Assembly: GCA_051294375.1 (NCBI GenBank)
Contig: JBJCIZ010001114.1
Coordinates: forward strand, 1-5,770
From: Paraspadella gotoi
Lineage: Eukaryota > Animalia > Chaetognatha
Direction: 5' to 3'
Length of the DNA stretch: 5,770 nucleotides
Shown: positions 1 through 5,770 of the stretch, in pieces
How the letters are laid out: every line of letters starts with the position of its first letter
Numbering within the stretch: position 1 is the stretch's first letter
Translations under genes and position numbers: made by a program
The notes under the pieces: generated by a model
Databases searched by the model: none
What the model was told of the DNA's origin: nothing
What the model saw: only the letters and a program-made list of their open reading frames with translations

Positions 1-226
1 TTGCTTATAATTCCTAACCATTCAGGGTAGAATCTCTTACCTTGACATAATTTTACAACTAATATGTTCCTCTATATAAATCAACAACATTTGATTTTAT
101 TTAGCGGTGTGGTTACATCCTGGAGGATACTTCCTGTTCCTTTTTTTTAATTTTCATAAAATTACTATTTAAAATTACATTTTTGGTTAATTTACATTAC
201 AGGCTGATGTAAGAAAAAAGGAGAGA

Positions 227-427
227 GAGTTTTTTGCTAAGGTGGGACGACGATGGACAGGAGAGACACATCATTTTTTTGCATAATTTATGATAGATTT
301 GATGTTCTGACATCGATATAAGTGAATGCCGCGAACAAGATGGGGGGGCTGACCAGCGACGGACCGTTTGAGCAAACAATGTCGGATCTGCCTACAATAA
401 TTAAGCAATAATAAGCAGCTAATCCGA
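227..427 (-). mobile_element. Family A copy 1: terminal fragment of a DINE-1/HINE-like non-autonomous element
   Basis: Collinear with 5526-5695, sharing in order CTAAGGTGGGACG (13 nt exact), ACATCATTTTTTT, TGCATAATTT, GATATAAGTGA, a G-run, CTGAC and GGATCTGC. Ends in an imperfect inverted repeat TCGGATCTGC (382-391) / GCAGctaATCCGA (415-427). The repeat is seen directly; family and strand are inferred by analogy. Confidence 0.55.
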
Positions 428-558
428 TGTGATAAATCATGATAATTCGTTAAGACTTTCAATGGTGATCTAACAGATTTTTACAAATCATAACAGATTT
501 CTATGAAAAATCTATAAATCAATTGACCTTTCAATCATTACCAGTAGCTGTGCAATAC

Positions 559-689
559 CAACTTGCATAATTTGGTCAACTTGGCATAATTTGTTTCATA
601 TTTGGCATTTGATATTTGGTCAATTTGCATAATTTGGGCAATTGGCATAATTTGTCAACTGGCATAATTTGGTCAACTGGCATAATTGG
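559..689. repeat. ~18-bp minisatellite, consensus CAACTGGCATAATTTGGT, about 7 units
   Basis: Units read directly: caacttgcataatttggt, caacttggcataatttgt, one degenerate unit, caatttgcataatttggg, caattggcataatttgt, caactggcataatttggt, caactggcataattgg. No spacers. Confidence 0.9.
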
Positions 690-730
690 AGTCCATTAAT
701 GATACATTGATATCTGATAAACCTGCCTAA

Positions 731-1323
731 CTAAAATATATAAATAGAGAGAGTGAAGAGAAAAAGCCGAGACCGACGGAGACGGTCAGTTTCGACGATT
801 GACCGATCGGACCGGACAGGAAACTGTTTGAATGTTTTGCCTTAACCTCCCATTTTTTTGATATCTTTCTCTCTCTGTCCCAAAATTAAGCGTTGGTCAA
901 TTTTTCGCGCGCGTTTCTCAAAGTAAGAGAGAGATTTCCTGATTTGTTTTAGTCTCTCATTTATGAACTCAGTAGAAACTCATCGCCCAGAAGAAACCTC
1001 GTATTTAAGAGTTTTCCAATGGACTTTATGCGAGAAAAAATTTAAATGTACAATTCATTCGTCTGGGCGTCTTTACTCGAACGCTCGACATCGCTAGCGT
1101 GAGAAGAAAACAATCTCACAGGAACTGACCCGACTCTTTCCCTCTCTCTCCACTACTTCTCTTCTCTCTCCTCACTCTTCTCCACTCTCTCCTCTCCTCC
1201 AAACTTCTATCCTTAGACAGACTCAAACAAGACAAATTCAGATTCACCGTCAACTACTTTCTTACAAAGTTTCCTCACTACGTTTTTTACTACGATCCTC
1301 TGATCCCGCGCGGGTCAGGCTGT
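731..1323 (+). mobile_element. Putative non-autonomous Helitron-like element (~590 bp, degraded)
   Basis: AT-rich head CTAAAATATATAAA followed by a GAC-rich degenerate microsatellite (771-818). 3' GC palindrome CCCGCGCGGG (1305-1314) followed by TCAGG-CTGT, a possible degraded CTAG|T. This matches Helitron layout (5' TC, 3' hairpin plus CTRR), but neither terminus is canonical. Confidence 0.45.
1134..1200. repeat. Imperfect (CT)n polypyrimidine tract
   Basis: Almost purely C/T on the + strand with a few A interruptions. Confidence 0.9.
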
Positions 1324-1352
1324 ATTATGATTGTTTTAGGGTTGCTTCTTGT

Positions 1353-1404
1353 GACGCTCGTCGTCGTCGGTCGTCCGTCACGGCTGTTTTCATATATAAA
1401 AACT
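1353..1404 (-). mobile_element. Truncated 5' head of a second copy of the 731-1323 element, inverted
   Basis: Reverse complement of 1372-1391 (GAAAACAGCCGTGACGGACG) matches 760-778 (GAAAA-AGCCGAGACCGACG) at 17/20. Both are preceded by TATATA and followed by GAC repeats. Confidence 0.45.
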
Positions 1405-1941
1405 ACTACCTTTTATAGGTTTGGCTGTGACTTACCGTTTTTTTTTAAAATAAAATTATTATGATTCATGATAAAGTTTTAACAAAAGTGTGCGATTCAT
1501 AGTAAGTTAAAATTTAGATATGGCTTTTCATCTTGAAATACTGTGACTATTTTCATATTACATTGGATTTAAGTATTTTTGTTTGGAAATTTTCCACTTC
1601 ATTATGATTTACTGCAATATGCAAATTTGATTAAAGTACCATTATAATATCCAAATTAGTATATAGAAATGCTTTAATCCTAATTTTACAATTGCAGTCA
1701 CATCTTAAATATTGAAGATGAAAATTCAAAAAATTTGTTTTAAATTTTTAATAAAAATGGAACTCAAAGGATTTTTTTAATGAGAAGCTATATCTTAATT
1801 TTAATACAAATATAAATTAAACTTTTACAAGCTGCGATTGGAAAAATTTGAAAAATTTCCAATTGTAAAACAATTTAACATATTTTTGCCTTTCTTTAAA
1901 TTCTTTAGAATTATATATACCGATTTTTTTTCGCTATATTT

Positions 1942-2420
1942 GTCAGTTGCTGCTTTTTCTGAAACCCTTAAAAAACGAGTTCCAGGTTCCTGCAGTGACC
2001 TGCTTCACTGGCTTCCCAGCTTTCTCTTTCTTTCTGTCTCTTTTTTCTCTTTCCATGGTCTCTCTTTTCCCTCTTTCTGTCTTCTGTCTCTCTCACTCTG
2101 TACGATCGTTCGTTTTTTTGAAAAATTCTGATTATTTTTTTCGCTTTCTCAAAACTTTTATTATCGCCATTTATTCCGCGCTTTTTTTCAATACAAAATC
2201 CCAAATTTATATCTGAGAGTGATAATTGAAAGAAAATTCGGTCTTAATACTTTCTCTTCTCTCTCTTCTTCTCTCGTCTCTCTCTTCTTTTCTCTTCTCA
2301 TCTCTCTCTCTCTCATCTCTCTCTCTCTTCTCTCGTCTCTCCTCTCTCTCTCTCTCTCTCTCCTCTCTCTCTCACTCTCTCCTCTCTTATTATTATTTTT
2401 TAAAAAATGAAGAATAACTT
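1942..2420 (+). repeat. Family B unit 1 (leader, CT tract, core, second CT tract; no GTTGC hairpin module)
   Basis: AAACGAGTTCC at 1973-1983 equals 3230-3240; 2101-2218 aligns with 3389-3522; AAAATGAAGAATAACTT near 2404-2420 resembles 3544-3563. Confidence 0.8.
2251..2387. repeat. Longest imperfect (CT)n microsatellite
   Basis: About 135 nt of CT repeats. Similar tracts at 2020-2099, 2764-2822, 3265-3389, 3758-3820, 4129-4245 and 4439-4481. Confidence 0.95.
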
Positions 2421-2763
2421 ATATATATATAACATTATAAAAAAAAAAAAAATTGTTTTTTTTAAAATTTATTATTGCCAACTTTGACCGGTTGGCCGCA
2501 CTATTGGCAAATTATATCTAAAATATGGAGTTGATAAGAGGAGATATTGTCAAATTAAACATTACTATTTTTTGTTATTCCTGATAATTTGTACTATTAT
2601 TAAATTAATAAATATTTTTAGTGTATATTATTTAATCATTTTTAACTTTTTTTTAAATAATAATTATTTGATTTGTGAATAACTAAATTTATAAAATTAA
2701 ATTAAATATGCAAAATATTAAAATTTGACCTCGGTCCCGGTTCTTCGCTAAAAAAAAGAACAA

Positions 2764-3153
2764 TCTTTTTCTTCTTCTATCTCTCTCTCTTCTCTCTCTC
2801 TCTCTTCTCTCTCTTTCTCTCTATTTTTTTCCTTCTAAAAAACTTTTATATCGCCATTTATTCCGAGATTTTCGTGATTTTTCCTTCTAAAAACTTTTTT
2901 ATTAATCGCAGAATTTATTATTTTATCTCAATATTACAAAATACCCAAAATAACAATAACTTACTTAACCTAAGATTTCGTGGTCGTTGCGGAGCAACAA
3001 GTTAAACAATGTCGAGGAAACATCGACCTATATAACGCGTATACGTGTATAAAAAAAAAAAAAAATCAACATAGACCCAATTTCACGAACCGGCCGTTGC
3101 GAAGCAAGGATAACCGATTAAAACGAGAGTGACCTAATAATGCGTCTCGTTTT
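2764..3153 (+). repeat. Family B unit 2 (duplicated core, two TTGC/GCAA hairpins, AAAACGAGA hairpin)
   Basis: Core twice (~2823-2865, ~2877-2920); hairpins at 2986-2998 and 3097-3107; 9-bp stem 3120-3128 / 3145-3153. Confidence 0.8.
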
Positions 3154-3184
3154 TTGTTTTGAATTTCCTTTCTAATTTATTTTT

Positions 3185-3269
3185 TAGTCAGCTTTTTTTT
3201 TCAACACAACCGGTCACTTGGCTACGAGTAAACGAGTTCCGCCTATGCAGGCGCGGTTCAGAGCCTTCT

Positions 3270-3300
<31 letters not shown>

Positions 3301-3735
3301 CTCCTCTCTCTCTCTTCTCTAGAAATCTCTCCTCGCTCTAGTCTCTCGCTCTCCTAATCTCGTCTCTCTTTCTGTCTCTTTCTCTCTTTACGATCTCTTG
3401 CGTGATCGTTTCGTTTTTTTTGAAAAAATTCTGATTATTTTTTTTCTTCTAAAAACTTTTATTATCGCCATTTATTCAGCGCTTTTTTTTCAATACAAAA
3501 TCCCAATATTTTATATCTGAGATTTTTCGTGGATTTTTTGGAGAAAATGTGAAGAATTAACTTTACTTGACCTGATTTTCGTGGCCCTTGCAGGGCAACG
3601 AGTAGACAATGTCAAAAGGAAACATGAAACCTAAAAACGCATTTTGATGGCAATGGAAACGTTACGTGTATAATAGGATCAACTTGACCGGACGATCACG
3701 GCCGGCCGTTGCGAGGCAACGGGATAACCAGATAT
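3185..3735 (+). repeat. Family B unit 3 (most complete copy)
   Basis: Leader, CT tract 3265-3389, core 3446-3522, hairpin 3588-3598, ACAATGTC..ACATG module, perfect hairpin CCGTTGC-GAG-GCAACGG at 3706-3722. Confidence 0.85.
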
Positions 3736-3757
3736 AATTGGAAAAAGAAATAAACGG

Positions 3758-3990
3758 TTTTTTCCTCCTTTTTATTTCTCATCTCTCTCGTCCTCTTTCT
3801 CACTCTCTCTCTTCTCTCTTGGCATTATTTTTTTTTCTTCTAGAAAACTTTTAATTAACCAATACCCATAACGCATTTATTCCGCTGCTTTTTTCTCTTA
3901 ACTTGGATTTCGTGCCGGTTGCAGAGGGCAACGAGTAAACAATGTCAAGGAACATGACCTAATAACGCGATAACGGCGATAAACGCGATA
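3758..3990 (+). repeat. Family B unit 4 (internally deleted)
   Basis: CT tract, interrupted core ~3837-3890, hairpin 3918-3932, GAGTAAACAATGTCAAGGAACATGACCTAATAACGCG, then about three TAACGCGA-like repeats (3963-3990). Confidence 0.8.
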
Positions 3991-4128
3991 CTATTAATTA
4001 ATTATTATTTGGAAAGTCAAAAATGTCCATAGTCGTTAACTGAGTATTGTTTCAGACTATATATTTTTGTTAATAGGGATTAAATAATTTTTCCAATGTA
4101 CAAACAAAAAAATTTTCCTTTATAATGG

Positions 4129-4482
4129 CTTCTTTCTCTCCTCCTCCCTCTCTCCTCTCTCGCTCTCATCTCGCTGGTTCTCTTCTCTCTCTCTCTCTCT
4201 CTCTCCGTCTCTCATCTCCTCTCTCTCTCTCTCTTTTTTCCTTCCTAAAAAACTTTATTATCGCCATTATATTCCGCGCATTTTTTCTCAAGGTGACGAG
4301 AGACGAGCAGAAAATAATTTTTTTAAACATCCGATGGATTTCGGTGGATTTTTTTTTCTAAAAATTCTGTATTAATTCTTTATATAAACGAGAGAGACCT
4401 AATAATTGGCGTTTCGTTGGCGGGAAAAACTGTTCCAGCCTCTCTCTCTCTCTCTCCTCGTTCTCTCTCTCTCCTTCACTCA
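4129..4482 (+). repeat. Family B unit 5 plus a trailing CT tract
   Basis: CT tract, core ~4241-4285, GATTTCGGTGGATTTTTT (cf. 3521-3539), AAACGAGAGAGACCTAATAATTGGCGTTTCGTT at 4386-4418 (cf. 3121-3151). Confidence 0.8.
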
Positions 4483-4531
4483 TACAGCGCATATTGTTTG
4501 TTTTATTTTACGATGAATAATTTCAGCGCAG

Positions 4532-4779
4532 TCCAATGAATTACTAATCATCGCATCAATGAATGACTATCATCGTATCAATGAATGATTATCAAAATCA
4601 TGATCAAATGATGAACTATCACAAATCGCAGTCAATTCATTTTGAATTATCATCACATCAGTCAATTTTGTTATGCGATTGCGCAATCACATTAATTGGT
4701 TATCAATTCGCGTCAATATTTGGTTTATGCCATTCGCTCAATATTTGGTTATCATCGATCAATATATGGGTTACTAACG
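4532..4779. repeat. Degenerate ~21-28 bp minisatellite, about 10 units (TCAATGAATGACTATCATCGCA / TCAATATTTGGTTATCATCG variants)
   Basis: Recurrent TCAAT...TATCATCG frame, e.g. 4556-4577 and 4738-4758. Confidence 0.8.
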
Positions 4780-4815
4780 AAAAGCGCGGCTCGATCCTAT
4801 GCACCTTTTAAGAAT

Positions 4816-4840
4816 NNNNNNNNNNNNNNNNNNNNNNNNN
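4816..4840. other. Assembly gap (25 N)
   Basis: Run of 25 n characters; true distance across it is unknown. Confidence 1.
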
Positions 4841-4851
4841 TTTTTACTGAA

Positions 4852-4929
4852 GATTCCTCCACGAATTTATTTGATTTTTCTACACGATTTATTGATTCTT
4901 CTCGATTGATCTCGATTTTTCTACATTAT
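4852..4929. repeat. Degenerate ~21-bp tandem repeat (GATTYTTCTACACGATTTATT-like), 3-4 units
   Basis: gattcctccacgaatttattt / gatttttctacacgatttatt / gattcttctcgatt... / gatttttctacattat. Confidence 0.65.
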
Positions 4930-5132
4930 TAAATTTATTTACATCTATTTTCGCATTATTTTTTTTCGACTTTTTGAGCTTCAGTTTCACAAAGCGTTTG
5001 GGATCCTTTTCGTCAGACTACGTTGCAACTAAGAGGACCACTTTCACCTTCAGAGGAGTAGAGAGCTGAGGCTTCTCTACAGAGAGAGAAAAAGCTCCCA
5101 AACATGTATTAAATAGATCAATAAAAGAATCT

Positions 5133-5152
5133 ATCAATCAATCAATCAATCA
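5133..5152. repeat. (ATCA)5 microsatellite
   Basis: Five perfect ATCA units. Confidence 0.95.
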
Positions 5153-5211
5153 TTTTATTTCCGTTAAATTGTCGTGGACTTTGTTGAGAGAGAGAGGAAA
5201 AAAACTTTAAA

Positions 5212-5528
5212 ATTCAAATAAATGTCTCTTTTCTTTTTCCAGTTAAACCTTTTCCACTTGCACGATTCCATCAAAACTTGATATCAGGCCCAATCACACA
5301 CTTCCCTACCCACATACAAAATTTAATTTCAATACATCAATCCAATTATGAATAATTAGAGATAATATTAGAAAAATATTCAAGTAAATGTAACTTTTGT
5401 TTTTCCCATTTAACCGATTTCCACTCGCACGATTCCATCAAAACTTTATATTCAGCTCAATCACACACTTTCCTACCCACACACAAAATTTCATTCCAAT
5501 CCATCCCTCCAATCACGAGTTATTGGAG
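5212..5528. repeat. Two tandem ~167-bp units
   Basis: 5251-5361 aligns without gaps to 5418-5528 at 93/111 identities (hand count); GCACGATTCCATCAAAACTT is exact at 5260 and 5427. Confidence 0.95.
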
Positions 5529-5695
5529 TTTTTTTCTAAGGTGGGACGGAGAGACAGACGGACGGACGGACATCATTTTTTTTTGTGCATAATTTGTCAT
5601 AATATGATATTCTCACATGATATAAGTGATTTCCCGACAAGGTTTTGGGGGGGGACTGACTGACCGACAAAGTAAATTATAGAGTTGGGATCTGC
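5212..5695 (-). mobile_element. Family A copy 2: DINE-1/HINE-like (Helentron-associated) non-autonomous element with internal tandem repeats
   Basis: Minus-strand order is terminal block, GTCY-type microsatellite ((GACR)5 at 5553-5572 on +, plus GACY repeats 5654-5668), then 167-bp central tandem repeats. This is the known DINE-1/HINE layout. SubTIRs and the far-end stem-loop were not identified. Confidence 0.6.
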
Positions 5696-5770
5696 TGAAA
5701 ACGATTCTCTAGTGAAGCAAATACGTTACGATAATCCATTTTGCATAATGCAGTATTCAAAATCTTCTCT

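Larger units (their letters stand above)
1942..4482 (+). repeat. Family B: irregular head-to-tail array of a modular ~400-700 bp unit (about 5 units)
   Basis: Core AAAACTTTTATTATCGCCATTTATTC is exact over 26 nt at 2151-2176 and 3452-3477, with variants near 2838, 2890, 3844 and 4248. Each unit is preceded by a CT tract; all copies are on the same strand. Confidence 0.9.

Noticed and set aside
197-462. Two short minus-strand ORFs (60 and 63 aa)
   Set aside because: They lie within a non-coding repeat copy and show no recognisable motif.
471-514. TAACAGATTT repeated at 20-bp spacing with tiny inverted arms
   Set aside because: Only two copies in AT-rich sequence; too short to interpret.
559-689. 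Possible CRISPR array
   Set aside because: Units are contiguous with no unique spacers, and there are no cas genes; it is a minisatellite.
1125-1220. Branch point CTGAC, polypyrimidine tract and TAG/CAG as a 3' splice site
   Set aside because: The tract is a CT microsatellite inside a putative transposon, and no convincing coding exon follows.
1430-1507. GTAAGT donor consensus on the minus (1430-1435) and plus (1502-1507) strands
   Set aside because: Adjacent sequence is homopolymeric or AT-rich with no plausible exon.
1838-2417. Overlapping Ser/Leu/Phe-rich and Arg/Glu/Lys-rich ORFs
   Set aside because: Artefacts of translating (CT)n/(AG)n tracts, which lack stop codons; several use non-ATG starts.
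3120-3160. Hairpin plus T-run as an intrinsic terminator
   Set aside because: No upstream gene, the T-run is itself part of the stem, and the context is not bacterial.
3159-4361. ORFs 3159-3341 and 4125-4361
   Set aside because: Low-complexity translations of CT tracts in family B units.
1942-4482. Family B array as a CRISPR-like, attC or REP bacterial system
   Set aside because: Spacing is irregular, intervening DNA is microsatellite, there are no gene cassettes or associated enzyme, and the context appears eukaryotic.
4847-4866. CTGAAGA as a plus-strand hammerhead core
   Set aside because: Followed by GAAT rather than GAAA, with no stem II.
4563-4932. ORFs 4563-4811 and 4696-4932
   Set aside because: They run through a minisatellite, one crosses the N gap, and neither has a recognisable domain.
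5397-5663. 88-aa ORF
   Set aside because: TTG start; spans a tandem unit, a microsatellite and homopolymer runs of a non-autonomous element.
227-5695. Family A direct repeats as LTRs of a retrotransposon
   Set aside because: No TG...CA ends, PBS or gag/pol remnants were seen, and the architecture fits DINE/HINE-like elements better.

Overview
AT-rich (roughly 30% GC by eye), apparently non-coding DNA that looks eukaryotic, probably invertebrate. It is almost entirely repeats. I find no credible CDS, tRNA, rRNA or CRISPR array; the listed ORFs are read-throughs of CT microsatellites or repeats. Contents: (A) two same-orientation copies of a DINE-1/HINE-like (Helentron-associated) element end at ~227-427 and ~5526-5695, the second preceded by two 167-bp tandem units; (B) a ~590-bp non-autonomous Helitron-like element (~731-1323) facing an inverted head fragment of a related copy; (C) a ~2.5-kb irregular tandem array (~1942-4482) of a modular unit made of a CT tract, an AAAACTTTTATTATCGCCATTTATTCC core and hairpin modules, whose (G)TTGC/GCAA(C) stems are conserved while purine-only loops vary; (D) several minisatellites and microsatellites; (E) a 25-N assembly gap; (F) a degenerate hammerhead-ribozyme-like motif on the minus strand near 4968-5032. 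All family assignments are architectural inferences, not database hits. Sequence left of the gap appears indel-noisy, which limits fine-scale conclusions.
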